Positions 9,910 to 20,358 of a DNA stretch of 64,000 bases are shown piece after piece. This DNA comes from an uncultured Candidatus Binatia bacterium (GTDB lineage: Bacteria; Desulfobacterota; Binatia; UBA9968; JAJDTQ01). The stretch is taken from positions 2,368,001 through 2,432,000 of the forward strand of contig OZ243916.1 in the NCBI GenBank assembly GCA_965213675.1, in the 5' to 3' direction. The stretch's first letter is position 1, and the number at the start of each line of letters is the position of its first letter. The notes below the pieces were generated by a model that saw nothing but the letters and a program-made list of their open reading frames with translations, was not told where the DNA came from and did no database searches. Position numbers and translations under genes: made by a program.

Positions 9910-10879
9910 AGAACACGTCGATCAGAAAGTTGATGGCCACGAACGCCACCGTGTACACCAGCACCAGCCCGGTCACCAGCGGATGATCGCGCGCGTTGAG
10001 CGCCGTCACCAGCAGGCTGCCGCTGCCGGGCCACGAGAAGACCGTCTCCACGATGATCGAGCCGCTCAGAAGCGTGCCCAGCTCCAGCCCCACCACCGTA
10101 ATCACCGGGATGAGCGCGTTGCGGACCACATGGCGCCACAGCACCTTGCGCTCCACCAGCCCCTTGGCGCGGGCCGTGGTGACGTAGTCCTCATGCATGA
10201 CCTCCAGCACCGACGACCGGGTCACGCGCATGAGGATCCCGAGCATGTTGGAGCCCAGGGCCAGCGCTGGCAGGAACACGTGCTCCAGGCCGTCGCGCAC
10301 CCCCGCCCAGTTCCCCTGTATGGCGCTGTCCAGAATGTAGAAGCCGGTGATGCGGTCGCCGGCGATGCCGTAGGTGTCCCGTCCCGCGGACGGGAGGATA
10401 TTCAGGATGCCGGCGAACAACAGGATCAGCATGATGCCGAACCAGAAACTGGGCATGCTGATACCGAACAGGCCGAAGGTCGTTCCGGTGTTGTCCACCC
10501 AGGAATTGGGCTTGGCCGCAGCCCACACCCCCAAGGGTATGGCGAAGATGACGGCGATGAGGACCGAGGCGCTGGCCAGTTCCAGGGTCGCGGGAATGCG
10601 GCTCAGGATCACGTCCAGGACGGGCTCGTCGTACTTGAAGGAGCGGCCGAAGTCTCCTTGGGCCGCGGACGTGAAGAACTTGAGGTACTGGACGTAGACG
10701 GGCTGGTCGAGGCCCCATCGTTCCCGCGCCTCGGCGATGTCCTCGGCGGTGCTGTCCTCGCCCAGCAGCATGAGCGTCGGATCGCCGGGCGCGGCCTGGA
10801 TCAGCAGGAAGACGAGCAGGCTGATAAGGACCATGACCGGGATGGTCCCGGCCAAGCGACGTAGCAGATAGGTTCCCAT
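9878..10879 (-). CDS. Peptide/nickel ABC transporter permease (DppB/OppB-like)
   Basis: YLLRRL, PGDP, GLDQP, DYVTTARAKGL, YAVIDPRIRY. Confidence 0.93.
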   Translation of the reverse strand: MGTYLLRRLAGTIPVMVLISLLVFLLIQAAPGDPTLMLLGEDSTAEDIAEARERWGLDQPVYVQYLKFFTSAAQGDFGRSFKYDEPVLDVILSRIPATLELASASVLIAVIFAIPLGVWAAAKPNSWVDNTGTTFGLFGISMPSFWFGIMLILLFAGILNILPSAGRDTYGIAGDRITGFYILDSAIQGNWAGVRDGLEHVFLPALALGSNMLGILMRVTRSSVLEVMHEDYVTTARAKGLVERKVLWRHVVRNALIPVITVVGLELGTLLSGSIIVETVFSWPGSGSLLVTALNARDHPLVTGLVLVYTVAFVAINFLIDVFYAVIDPRIRY

Positions 10880-11096
10880 GGGGCAGTCTCTCGAAAAACC
10901 TACCGTCTATGCCATAGGCGGCGGGAATTCAAGGACTCGCGCCGTGCGTTGACTCGTCCACATGGACACCGGATGCGCCAGGAGAACGGGCTCGGGAGTC
11001 CGCGGGAAGCGTCCGCGGGCGTCCACCGGAGGGGCCGTCTACAACCGCACATGAGTGTGTTATGGAATTGTCAGCCGGTTGTGAGCATGATGGCGC

Positions 11097-11233
11097 CCTT
11101 CGGCTTCGCTACGCCTGTCCCGAGCCTGTCGAAGGGCTCAGGGCGAACGGGTCAGGGGTTCCGCCGTGCGCGGAGCGAACGGGTGAAGACGAACGGTGGA
11201 ATGGCCGTGGCACGCCGGTTCCGCCGTGCGCGG
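11097..11233. repeat. Intergenic REP-like element
   Basis: CCCTTCG...CGAAGGG stem around GAGCCTGTCGAAGGGCTCAGGGCGAACGG; GGTTCCGCCGTGCGCGG occurs twice (11157, 11217). Confidence 0.5.
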
Positions 11234-11307
11234 CTCCTACAGGCAGTACGGGTTGGCAGCACGGTTTTCTACCGCGTCCACCGCGCGACGACGAAAGGAT
11301 CGCATTC

Positions 11308-12744
11308 ATGGCAAGGGACCTGCGCGCTTTCATCGACGAGCTTGCCGCCGCGGCGCCGGACCAGATCCACATGGTCACACAACGGGTGGACCGCAGGTTC
11401 GACATCACCGCCATCGCCGAACGGCTGGGCGAGGACGGGCGCTTTCCCGCGCTGGTGTTCACCGACGTGGAAGGCGCCTCCATGCCGCTGGCCATCAACC
11501 TGACCGCCACCTACGAGCGGCTCGCCCTCGCGCTGGGCGCCGGCGTCCACGACATGGTGCGGGTCTACGGCGAGCGGCAGGCCAGGCCCATCCAGGCAAA
11601 GACCGTGTCCGACGGGCCGGTGAAGGAGGTGGTGCTCACGGGCGACGCCGCCGACCTGTCCGTCCTGCCCATCCCGTTTCACAACGAACTCGACGCCGGT
11701 CCGTACATCACCGGCGGCGTCATGATCGTCAAGGACCCGGACAGCGGCGCCCAGAACGCCGGCCTCTACCGCCACCAGGTGCACGACCCCCGCACCCTCG
11801 GGGTCTACATCCAGGGGAGCCACCACGGCGGCTACATCTACCGGCGCAACTCGGAGCGCGGCGAGGCCACCGAGTTCGCCCTGGTGGTGGGGCACTACCC
11901 CACGTTCATGCTCGGGGCGGTGTCGCGGCTGCCGGGCATCGGCGGTGAGTTCGCCGAGGCCGGCGCGCTCCTGCAGGAGCCCATCGAACTGGTCAAGGCC
12001 GAAACCGTGGACCTCCTGGTGCCGGCCCACGCGGAGATCGTCATCGAGGGGCGGCTCTTGCCCGGCGAGACCCGCCTCGAAGGCCCCTTCGGGGAATGGA
12101 CCGGCTACTACGTGAGCGTGGGCGCCCAGCCGGTGATGCGCGTGTCCGCCATGACCATGCGCCGCAATCCCATCTATTACGACGTCTTCCCCGCCGGCCA
12201 GGAACACCTGGTGCTGGGCAGCCTGCCGCGCATGGGCACCATCTACCGGCGGGTGCGGGAGGCGGTCCCCGGCGTGGTCAACGTCAACGTGCCCGCCCAC
12301 GCGCGCACCCACTGCTACATCTCCATCCGCAAGACCCGCGACTCCGAGGTCAAGCGCGCGGCCCTGGCGGCCATCGCCACCGAGCCCGAGAACCTCCGCT
12401 GCGTGGTGGTGGTGGACGACGACATCAACGTGTTCCACGAGCCCGAGGTGACCTGGGCCGTGGGCACGCGCATGCGCCCGGACAAGGACGTGCTCACCAT
12501 CCCTGACTGGAACGGCCCCGGCGACCTCCTGCCGTCCAACTGGAACTACCGGGTGGACGGCGCCCACGAGCCGGTCATGGGCGCCGTCATGATTCTGGAC
12601 GCCACCAAGCCGGCGCCGCCGGTGCAGTACCCGCAACGAGCCCGCCCGCCCCGGGACAAGGTGCGGGAAGTGCGGCTGGAGGGGCTGCTGCGGGACTTCG
12701 ACCCGGCGCTGCTGCGGTCGCGAAACACCTTGACCGGCGATTGA
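11308..12744 (+). CDS. UbiD family prFMN-dependent decarboxylase
   Basis: MARDLRAFI start, DAGPYIT, NAGLYR, EIVIEG, EGPFGEWTGYY, VVVDDDIN, ILDATKP. The longer ORF-track extension runs over an intergenic repeat. Confidence 0.92.
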   Translation: MARDLRAFIDELAAAAPDQIHMVTQRVDRRFDITAIAERLGEDGRFPALVFTDVEGASMPLAINLTATYERLALALGAGVHDMVRVYGERQARPIQAKTVSDGPVKEVVLTGDAADLSVLPIPFHNELDAGPYITGGVMIVKDPDSGAQNAGLYRHQVHDPRTLGVYIQGSHHGGYIYRRNSERGEATEFALVVGHYPTFMLGAVSRLPGIGGEFAEAGALLQEPIELVKAETVDLLVPAHAEIVIEGRLLPGETRLEGPFGEWTGYYVSVGAQPVMRVSAMTMRRNPIYYDVFPAGQEHLVLGSLPRMGTIYRRVREAVPGVVNVNVPAHARTHCYISIRKTRDSEVKRAALAAIATEPENLRCVVVVDDDINVFHEPEVTWAVGTRMRPDKDVLTIPDWNGPGDLLPSNWNYRVDGAHEPVMGAVMILDATKPAPPVQYPQRARPPRDKVREVRLEGLLRDFDPALLRSRNTLTGD

Positions 12745-12882
12745 AGGAGTGCCACACTTTTCGCTCCGGTCAGGAAGCTCTGATCGATGGTCGCCGCCAG
12801 AATGGCGCGTTTCGCCCGGGCGCAGCGCAGTCTGGAAGGTTCTCGCCTGAAGAGGTTCTCCTCAACACGAAAGGATCCCGTG

Positions 12883-13875
12883 ATGCAGATTCCGAAATCG
12901 TTGTCTGGAGCTTGTCTCGCAGCCCTGGTTACCTTGGCGCTGGCCGCCTCGCCGGCGTTCGCCGCCGATCCGTGGAAGCCCAGCAAGCCCATCACCATCC
13001 TCGTCGGGTTCTCGGTGGGCGGCGCCATGGACACCGCCGCACGGCTCCAGGCCGAGGTGATGTCCAAGGCATTGGGTGTGCCCGTGGTGGTGCGGAACGT
13101 GCCCGGCGCCGGGGGCCGGAACTCCGTGACCATCCTGCACCGCTCCAAGCCCGACGGCCACACCATGGCCGCCCTGAACCTGCCCGGTCAGGCCGTCAAT
13201 CAGGCGGCCCGGGGCATGGACCCGGACCTGCGTAGTTTCACCTGGATCGGACGCCAAGTGTCCAACCCCTACTTCATGCAGGCCACCACCAAGGCGGGCA
13301 AGGACCAATGGACATCGCTCAAGCAGATGAAGGCGGCCAAGAAACCCATCAAGGCGGGCATCACCGGGACCGGCGGCAACACGTTCCCCATCTCCGTCAT
13401 CACCGCCAATCTGGTGGGCTTCCCGGTGGAGTTCATCGCCGGCTTCAAGGGTCCCGAGTTGATCACCGGCATCATTCGCGGCGACTTCTCCTTCACCAAC
13501 CTGCCGCTGGTCAAGCGCTGGACCACCGCGGTGGACTCGGGCGAGGCCAAGGCCATTGCCGTCTACCTGCCGGAACGGCATCCCAAGTTCCCCAACATCC
13601 CCACGGGGGTGGAGCAGGGCTTCCCCGAACTGGGGTCTTCCTCCCTGGTGGGACAGAACCTCTACGCGCTGCCGCCCAATACGCCTCCGGAGATCGCTTC
13701 GGTCATCGAGGCGGCCTTGGTGAAGGCCAACAACGACGCGGCCCTCAAGGAGAAGATCGAGGCCAACGGCAATATCGTCGCGCCGTTGAGCAAGGCGGAC
13801 ACCGCCAAGCTGGTGGGCGACATGCTCGGCCTGGTGGAGAAGAACGCCGCGTTGCTCAAGAAATACATCAAGTGA
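12883..13875 (+). CDS. tctC: TTT substrate-binding protein TctC
   Basis: Signal peptide; PSKPITILVGFSVGGAMD, VRNVPGAGG, SKPDGHT. Confidence 0.88.
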   Translation: MQIPKSLSGACLAALVTLALAASPAFAADPWKPSKPITILVGFSVGGAMDTAARLQAEVMSKALGVPVVVRNVPGAGGRNSVTILHRSKPDGHTMAALNLPGQAVNQAARGMDPDLRSFTWIGRQVSNPYFMQATTKAGKDQWTSLKQMKAAKKPIKAGITGTGGNTFPISVITANLVGFPVEFIAGFKGPELITGIIRGDFSFTNLPLVKRWTTAVDSGEAKAIAVYLPERHPKFPNIPTGVEQGFPELGSSSLVGQNLYALPPNTPPEIASVIEAALVKANNDAALKEKIEANGNIVAPLSKADTAKLVGDMLGLVEKNAALLKKYIK

Positions 13876-13890
13876 ACCCAGCCGGCATTC

Positions 13891-15375
13891 ATGTTTGAAG
13901 GATTCGGCGGCGCGCTGGTCACCATCGCCGAACCGCACGTCCTGTTGACGCTGTTCTTCGGCAGCGTCATCGGACTGATCTTCGGCGCGGTGCCAGGACT
14001 TGGCGGCATTCTCGCCATGTCCATGCTGCTGCCGTTTACCTTCACCTGGGACGCCATCACCGCCGTCTACCTGTTCTCCGGCATCATGGGGGCCAGCTCC
14101 TTCGGCGGCTCCATCAGCGCCATCCTGCTCAATACCCCGGGCACGCCGGTGAACGCCGCCACCTGCTTCGACGGCTACCCCATGGCCAAGCGCGGCGAGG
14201 CCGCCCGGGCGCTGGGGCTGTCGGCGGGAGCGTGCCTCCTCGGGGCGCTGTTCGGCCTCGTGATCCTGGCGCTGCTGATCCAGGTCATGCGCCCGCTGGT
14301 CATCGCCTTTGGTCACCCGGAGATCTTCTGGCTGGTGGTGTTCGGACTGGTCACCACGGCCACCGTGAGCCAGGGCTCGATCTTGAACGGCCTCATTGCC
14401 GGCGGCGTCGGCATCCTGCTTTCGCTGGTGGGCCTCAACGAGCCCACCGGACTCATCCGCTACACCATGGGCAGCGAGTACCTGTGGGACGGCATCCCGC
14501 TGATCCCGTTCTTCGTCGGCCTGTTCGCCATCGGCGAGTTGATCAACTACTCGGCCCAAGGGGGCACCATCGCCCGCGACGACATCCAGGCCAGCATACG
14601 CGGCGCGTGGCAGGGGGTGATGGAAAACTTCCGCTACGCCTTCTGCCTCCTGCGCAGCTCGTCCATCGGCACGCTGGTGGGGATCATCCCCGGGGTGGGG
14701 GGCGAAACCGCCAACCTCATCGCCTACACCGTGGCGGTGCAGTCCTCCAAAGACCCGGGCGCCTTCGGCACGGGCAACCCCGAGGGGGTCATCGCCAGCG
14801 AGGCGGCCAACGACTCCAAGGACGGGGGCGCGCTGCTGACCACCCTGAGCTTCGGCATTCCCGGCAGCCTGGCCATGGCGCTGCTGCTGAGCATCTTCAT
14901 CATGCACGGGATCTCGCCCGGCCCGCAGTTGATCCTGGACAACCCCATCTTCATCTGGACCCTGCTCATCGGCTACGTGGTGTCCAATGCCTTCGCCAGC
15001 ATCTTCGGCCTGCTGGCCGCGCGCTACCTGGCCATCATCACCCGGGTGCCGGTGCACTACCTGTCCGCGGTCATCGCGGTGGTGGCCCTGGCCGGCACCT
15101 ACATCCTGCGGGACAACATCTGGGACGTGGCGCTGGTGGTGCTTCTGGGCGTGTTCGGCTTCGCCATGCGCCGGGCGGGCGTGCCGGTGCTGCCCCTGGT
15201 CATCGGCTTCGTGCTCGGCAACCTGGCAGAGAAGTCGTTCCTGCTGACGCTCCGGATCCACGACGGCAGCTATTTCGGCTTCTTCAACAGCACCATCTCC
15301 TGGATCCTCATCCTGACCATGGTGGCGGTCCCCGTCATCACACGGATGCGCACCCGCTCCACGGCGACGTCATGA
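13891..15375 (+). CDS. tctA: TTT large permease TctA
   Basis: GAVPGLG, GGSISAILLNTPGTP, DGYPMAKRG, GIIPGVG, EAANDS, GIPGS. Confidence 0.93.
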   Translation: MFEGFGGALVTIAEPHVLLTLFFGSVIGLIFGAVPGLGGILAMSMLLPFTFTWDAITAVYLFSGIMGASSFGGSISAILLNTPGTPVNAATCFDGYPMAKRGEAARALGLSAGACLLGALFGLVILALLIQVMRPLVIAFGHPEIFWLVVFGLVTTATVSQGSILNGLIAGGVGILLSLVGLNEPTGLIRYTMGSEYLWDGIPLIPFFVGLFAIGELINYSAQGGTIARDDIQASIRGAWQGVMENFRYAFCLLRSSSIGTLVGIIPGVGGETANLIAYTVAVQSSKDPGAFGTGNPEGVIASEAANDSKDGGALLTTLSFGIPGSLAMALLLSIFIMHGISPGPQLILDNPIFIWTLLIGYVVSNAFASIFGLLAARYLAIITRVPVHYLSAVIAVVALAGTYILRDNIWDVALVVLLGVFGFAMRRAGVPVLPLVIGFVLGNLAEKSFLLTLRIHDGSYFGFFNSTISWILILTMVAVPVITRMRTRSTATS

Positions 15376-15833
15376 AGCGGGTGAACACCAGTTACCTGAT
15401 CGTCAACCTGTTCTACCTGGCGGTGGCGCTGGTGGTGGTCGTTCCGTCCTTCGGCTTCGAGGGTCAGGGCGGGCTCGTGCCGCTGGTGCTGGGAATCCCG
15501 ACGCTGGCTTTCATCCTGTTCTGCATGTTGCGGGAGTGGCTCTCCCCGCGCGCGGCGCCTGACGACACCGTGGAGGTGGCCCCCTGGGCCAAGGCCGCGC
15601 CGGTGGTGACGTGGCTTGCGGTCTTCTGCGCGCTGGTGATCCTCATCGGCTTCCAGCCCACCATCCCCATCTACATCGTGCTCTTCCTGCGGAGCTTCGG
15701 CCGGCTTTCCTGGACGCGGTGCGCGGTGGCCGCCGCGGCCGTGTGGACGCTGGTCTACCTTGGCGTGGAGTTGGCGCTGCAACGGACGCTCTTCGAGGGC
15801 GTGCTGTTCGGCGCCATTCTGCCGCTGCTTTGA
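15372..15833 (+). CDS. tctB: TTT small permease TctB
   Basis: ATG overlaps the tctA stop (ATGA); 153-aa protein with 4-5 hydrophobic segments, equal to the C-terminal part of ORF 14232..15833. Confidence 0.78.
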   Translation: MKRVNTSYLIVNLFYLAVALVVVVPSFGFEGQGGLVPLVLGIPTLAFILFCMLREWLSPRAAPDDTVEVAPWAKAAPVVTWLAVFCALVILIGFQPTIPIYIVLFLRSFGRLSWTRCAVAAAAVWTLVYLGVELALQRTLFEGVLFGAILPLL

Positions 15834-15865
15834 GTTGGCCAGATTTTCCGCTCGGCCTTGGGGCG

Positions 15866-17026
15866 ATGAAGACCACACCCGACGCCGCGCGTCCATGGCC
15901 TGTGTTCGAGATGGGCTTCCGGCCGTTGTACCTGTTGGCCGCGGCTTTCGCGGCAACGGCGGTGCCGTTGTGGCGGTTTGGAGCCGATCTGCCGCTGCCG
16001 GACGCCGGTTATCTCGTGGGGACGGCGTGGCACGCCCACGAGATGGTGTTCGGCTTCGCCGCCGCGGTGCTGGCGGGGTTTCTATTGACGGCGGCACGGG
16101 CCTGGACCGGCCGGCCCACGCTGTCGGGCGCCAGTCTCGCGGCCCTGGCCGGCCTCTGGGTGGCGGGACGGTTGATGGCCGGCACCGGCCCGGCGCTGGC
16201 GGCCGCCGTCGTCGATTGCCTGTTCCTGCCGTGCGTCGCCCTCGCCATTGGCGTGCCGGTGGTCCAGGCCGGCAACTGGCGCAACGTCAAGGTGGTGGCC
16301 GTGGTGCTACTGCTGGCGGCGGCCAACCTGCTGTTTCATCTTGAATACGCCGGCGTCACGGCGCTGCCTTGGGGAAACGGCGGCGCGCGGCTGGCCCTGG
16401 ACCTGTTCGCGCTGATGGTGACGCTGATCGCCGGCCGGGTGATCCCCGCCTTTACGGCCAACGCGGTGCCCACGGCACGGCCCCGGCACAATCAATGGGT
16501 GGACTTCGTCGCCTTCGGTTCCCTCGCCACTCTCGCGGTGGCCGAACCCGGGGAGCCGTGGCTGGCGGCGGTGGCGGCCGGCGGCGCGGTGGCCCACGGG
16601 GTGAGACTGTGGCTCTGGGACCCCTTCGCGACGGCCCGGGAGCCGCTGTTGTGGGTGCTGCCGCTGTCCTACGGCTGGCTCGTGGTGTCGCTGGCCCTGC
16701 GTGCGTTGTGGCTCGCCGGGGCCGCGCTTCCAGCGGCCTCGTTTGTGCACGCGTTGGCGGTGGGAGTCATGGGCGGCCTGATGCTGGGGATGATGACGCG
16801 CAGCGCCCGCGGGCACACCGGCCGCGCTCTCGCGGCAGGGCCGGCGGACACCGCGGCCTTCGTCCTGGTGCACCTGGCCGCCCTGGCCCGGGTCCTGGGC
16901 GCCCTCGCCGGCCCGGAGGCGGGGGAACTGGCCGTGGACGCCGCCGCGGTCCTGTGGTCGGCCGCCTTCGCGGTTTTCTTCCTGGCCTACTGGCCCGCGC
17001 TCACGCGCCCGCGGCTGGAAGCGTGA
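15866..17026 (+). CDS. nnrS: NnrS family membrane protein
   Basis: GFRPLYL, WHAHEMVFGF, GFLLTA, GRVIPAFT, HAL.VG, ARGHTGR. Confidence 0.9.
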   Translation: MKTTPDAARPWPVFEMGFRPLYLLAAAFAATAVPLWRFGADLPLPDAGYLVGTAWHAHEMVFGFAAAVLAGFLLTAARAWTGRPTLSGASLAALAGLWVAGRLMAGTGPALAAAVVDCLFLPCVALAIGVPVVQAGNWRNVKVVAVVLLLAAANLLFHLEYAGVTALPWGNGGARLALDLFALMVTLIAGRVIPAFTANAVPTARPRHNQWVDFVAFGSLATLAVAEPGEPWLAAVAAGGAVAHGVRLWLWDPFATAREPLLWVLPLSYGWLVVSLALRALWLAGAALPAASFVHALAVGVMGGLMLGMMTRSARGHTGRALAAGPADTAAFVLVHLAALARVLGALAGPEAGELAVDAAAVLWSAAFAVFFLAYWPALTRPRLEA

Positions 17027-17172
17027 CTGGACGCCAAGCCCGGTCCACGGGCTTGCGACGGCCCTGTTCCTGGTTCAAGATACAGGCTGCTTTGGACGGC
17101 CGGTCGAAACCTGCCGCCGGGGGGCTTTCCTCGGACGGCCTGCCGGTGGCCGCCTGATCGCCGCAATATCTC

Positions 17173-18036
17173 ATGCCTGCCGAATTCGTCGCCCTCGCCG
17201 CCGCCATCCTCTACTCCGGCGGCTCCATCACCGCGCGCATGGGCATGCAGCACTCTTCTCCCTTGACCGCGGCCTGCGTGCTGTTGTTCCTGCGTACGGT
17301 GGTGTTCTGGGGCGGGGTATTCCTGATGGGGGGGATTCCCCACGTCGAATGGCTGCCGCTGCTGCTGTTCGTCGGACTGGGCGTCCTCCAGACCGCCACG
17401 AGCCTGCTCCAGTTGACCGGCATACATCGCCTCGGCGCGTCCCGGGCCGAGCCCCTGCGCAATACCTACCCGCTGTGGAGCGCGGTCATCGCCATCGCCT
17501 TTCTGGGAGAACATGCGAGTCCCGGGATCCTTGCCGGAACCATCCTGGTGGTGGGCGGCATCGCGCTCATCTCCTGGCAACCGGCGGACTCGGGCCTGCG
17601 CTACCAATGGTGGGAGGCGGTCTTTCCGCTGCTGGCCGCGCTCTTTGCCGGCATCGCGTTTCCGATTCGGCGCATCGCCTTCGACGTCTCCAATGAGCCG
17701 CTCTACTTCGCCGCCGTCCTGGCCGTGGTGTCCTTTGTTTCGCTGGGTCCGTACGTGGGCGTCCGCCTGCGGACCGAATCGTTCGTACTCGGCCGCCGCG
17801 CCGTGACGCCTTTCATCCTGTCGGGCTGCTTCGAATCCGCGGCCTCGCTCCTGTCCCTCATCGCCGTGAGCCTCGGGCGGGTGGTGGTGGTGTCTCCCAT
17901 TGTCGCCTCCACCCCCTTGTGGACTCTGATCCTCACCGTGGTCTTCCTGCGTGGCATCGAGCGCATCAACGCGCGCACGGTCACCGGCACCTTCGCGGTC
18001 ATGTCCGGCACCATCTCCATTATCCTGAGCCGGTGA
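17173..18036 (+). CDS. DMT/EamA family transporter
   Basis: Two hydrophobic repeats: GASRAEPL..TYPLW..IA..FLGE and VVVVSPI...PLW..L...FL...E. Confidence 0.85.
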   Translation: MPAEFVALAAAILYSGGSITARMGMQHSSPLTAACVLLFLRTVVFWGGVFLMGGIPHVEWLPLLLFVGLGVLQTATSLLQLTGIHRLGASRAEPLRNTYPLWSAVIAIAFLGEHASPGILAGTILVVGGIALISWQPADSGLRYQWWEAVFPLLAALFAGIAFPIRRIAFDVSNEPLYFAAVLAVVSFVSLGPYVGVRLRTESFVLGRRAVTPFILSGCFESAASLLSLIAVSLGRVVVVSPIVASTPLWTLILTVVFLRGIERINARTVTGTFAVMSGTISIILSR

Positions 18037-18098
18037 ATGCCGTGTCCGGGAGCCTGCGCCGCAGGACTTCGCGAAAGCGAAAGTCCGACCGGGCCTGT

Positions 18099-19106
18099 TC
18101 AGGCGAGAGAAACGCGTTCCAGGCAAGCCTGGATGACCGTGTTGTACCAGGGCGTCCTGGCGCCGCGGCCGTGAAACCCCACGTGGCCGCCGTCATCGGT
18201 GAGAACGAGCGTGGCATTGGAGGGTAGTTCGCGACCGACGTCGTCGTACGGAGCGACCGGAATCCACGGATCGTTCCGGGAATGGAGCAGCAACAGCGGC
18301 GTGTCGATGCGTTCCAGAAGCCCGGTGGCGGAGCAGCGCGCATAGTAGTCGTCGGCGTCCACAAAGCCGTGGTGCGGCGCGGTAAAGGCGTTGTCGAACT
18401 CTGGAATGCTGCGCGCGGCCAGGACGGCGGCCCGTTGCTCCGGGGAAATCTCGGAGGCGCCGGTGATGACGGCCTGCTTCATGCGCGCAAGCAGCCACCG
18501 GTGGTAGAGCACGTTGCGAGGCCGCATCAATCTGCGGATGGCGGTCGCCATGTCGAGCGGAGTCGACACCGTTACCGCGCAGAGGGGCCGCACCGCGCAC
18601 TCGATACGCGCCAGAAAGTGCAGGACGACGGTGCCGCCGAGGGAAAACCCGACCAGCACGACGCCGCGGCGCGCCTCTTCGATTTCGAGCGCCGACAGCA
18701 CCGCGGCGACGTTGTCTCCGGAGCCCGCGCAATAGCTTCTGCGGCAAGTCTCACGCGACGGACCGGCGCCGCGGAGGTTGAGGCGCATGACCGGATAACC
18801 GAGCGTGAGCAAGGAGCGCGTGGTCTCGATCATGTACGAACTGCCCTCGCAGCCGGTGAGGCCGTGCACGAGAATCACCAGCGGGCGGTGGGTGGCCTCG
18901 TGCGGTCGATGAAGCATGGCAAGGAGCGAATCGCCGGCGGCATCGGGAAACGGGATGCGGATGCGCTCACCGGACCAGGCGGACAGGTCCTCACTGACGG
19001 GAAAGAAGTAGTACCGCAGCGTCTGCAGGTCGCCGCCCAGCCACGGGAAACGGGGCGTAAAATTCACCTGTGCGGGATCGGGCAACAACATGGACGGCCT
19101 GCTCAA
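18099..19106 (-). CDS. YheT-like alpha/beta hydrolase
   Basis: GGDLQT, HGLTGC, GFSLGG nucleophile, NDPWIP, GGHVGF. Confidence 0.88.
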   Translation of the reverse strand: MSRPSMLLPDPAQVNFTPRFPWLGGDLQTLRYYFFPVSEDLSAWSGERIRIPFPDAAGDSLLAMLHRPHEATHRPLVILVHGLTGCEGSSYMIETTRSLLTLGYPVMRLNLRGAGPSRETCRRSYCAGSGDNVAAVLSALEIEEARRGVVLVGFSLGGTVVLHFLARIECAVRPLCAVTVSTPLDMATAIRRLMRPRNVLYHRWLLARMKQAVITGASEISPEQRAAVLAARSIPEFDNAFTAPHHGFVDADDYYARCSATGLLERIDTPLLLLHSRNDPWIPVAPYDDVGRELPSNATLVLTDDGGHVGFHGRGARTPWYNTVIQACLERVSLA

Positions 19107-19172
19107 GGATACCGCTGAGAAAGCATACGGTCGTGCAGCACACGTTTCCTGGAATCCCGGAGTTGACGCGTG

Positions 19173-20237
19173 TCAATTCCGGGTGACACCCAGGCCGGGG
19201 CCTTCCGGGGCAGAGAGCTTGCCGTCCACCACCTGGATGCCCGTGAACGGGTCGCCGGTAAGGGCCTCGCACTCGCCGATTTCGCAGAAATCGGACACGC
19301 CCGGCGAGCTGAGTGCCAGATGCAGCAGGGCGGCGTCGCCCACCATGCAGGCGGCGATGTTGCTGAGGCCGCACTGGGTTCCCGTGAGCGCGCACATCTC
19401 GGCGATCTGTCGCGCCTGCTGCACGCCGCCCGCCTTGAGAATGCCGGTGTTGATGGAATCGCAGGCGTCGTCCCGAATGAGCCGGAAGGCTTCGTACACC
19501 GAGCTTGCCGACTGGTCGGCTTCGATCTTGATACTTGACTGGGCCTTTACGGTGGCAAGCGCCACGTCATGATGCCGCGACAGCGGCTGCTCGAACACCG
19601 CCACCCCCAACTCCGCCATGCCCGCGGCCATGCGGATGGCGGACTTGGCGTCGAAGGCCTCGTTGGCGTCCACCTTGATGTAGATGTCCGGTCCCACCGC
19701 GTCGCGCACCGCGGTCACCCGCGCCAGGTCCAATCCCACTTCCCCCTTCACCTTGAGCTTGAGCGCGCGATAACCCTGCCCCACCAGGTCGCGGCACTCC
19801 CGGGCCATCTCCATCGGCTGTCCCACGCTCACCATCTTGATGACCGTGATTTCCTTGCGCACGAGCCCGCCCAGAAGCACGTAGAGCGGCGCCCCGTAGC
19901 ACTTGCCCAGCAAATCGTGCAGCGCCATGTCCAGGCCGCCCTTGGCGCGCCGGTTGTCCACCATCCGGTAGTTGATGAGCTGGTTCAGCCGGTTCAACTC
20001 CTCGATGGGCTGCCCCACCAGGATCGGCCGCATGATCTCCTCGAGGGCGTAGCGGACCGAAGCGGGGGTCTCGCCGGTCCGGGGAAACACGTCGATGTAG
20101 CCGTAGCCCACGTGCCCCGAATCCGACTCCACGCTCACCAGCAACCCGTTGGACGCGTAGAACTGGTTGGTGGCGGTAATGAGAGGCTTCTTGTAGGGCA
20201 ACTCCAACGCCTCGATCCGTACGTCCGTGATATTCAT
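19173..20237 (-). CDS. Mandelate racemase/muconate lactonizing enzyme (enolase superfamily) protein
   Basis: DMALHDL.GK, KLKV, VDANE, FEQP, ADQS, PEGPGLG. Confidence 0.88.
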   Translation of the reverse strand: MNITDVRIEALELPYKKPLITATNQFYASNGLLVSVESDSGHVGYGYIDVFPRTGETPASVRYALEEIMRPILVGQPIEELNRLNQLINYRMVDNRRAKGGLDMALHDLLGKCYGAPLYVLLGGLVRKEITVIKMVSVGQPMEMARECRDLVGQGYRALKLKVKGEVGLDLARVTAVRDAVGPDIYIKVDANEAFDAKSAIRMAAGMAELGVAVFEQPLSRHHDVALATVKAQSSIKIEADQSASSVYEAFRLIRDDACDSINTGILKAGGVQQARQIAEMCALTGTQCGLSNIAACMVGDAALLHLALSSPGVSDFCEIGECEALTGDPFTGIQVVDGKLSAPEGPGLGVTRN

Positions 20238-20358
20238 GATGGGACTCCTTGAATGCGCGCGCAGATGCGGGTTTCATTCACCAGACTTGAGAGAAAGGTC
20301 GAGCAGCAACCTCATCCAGGGGCCTGCGCCGCAGGACTTCACGGCTGCAAATCCGCTC

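Noticed and set aside
12862-15261. Long antisense or alternate-frame ORFs (also 6239..8434, 22745..25246, 42077..44431, 48968..52096)
   Set aside because: They are shadows of well-supported genes in high-GC DNA and show no recognisable motifs.
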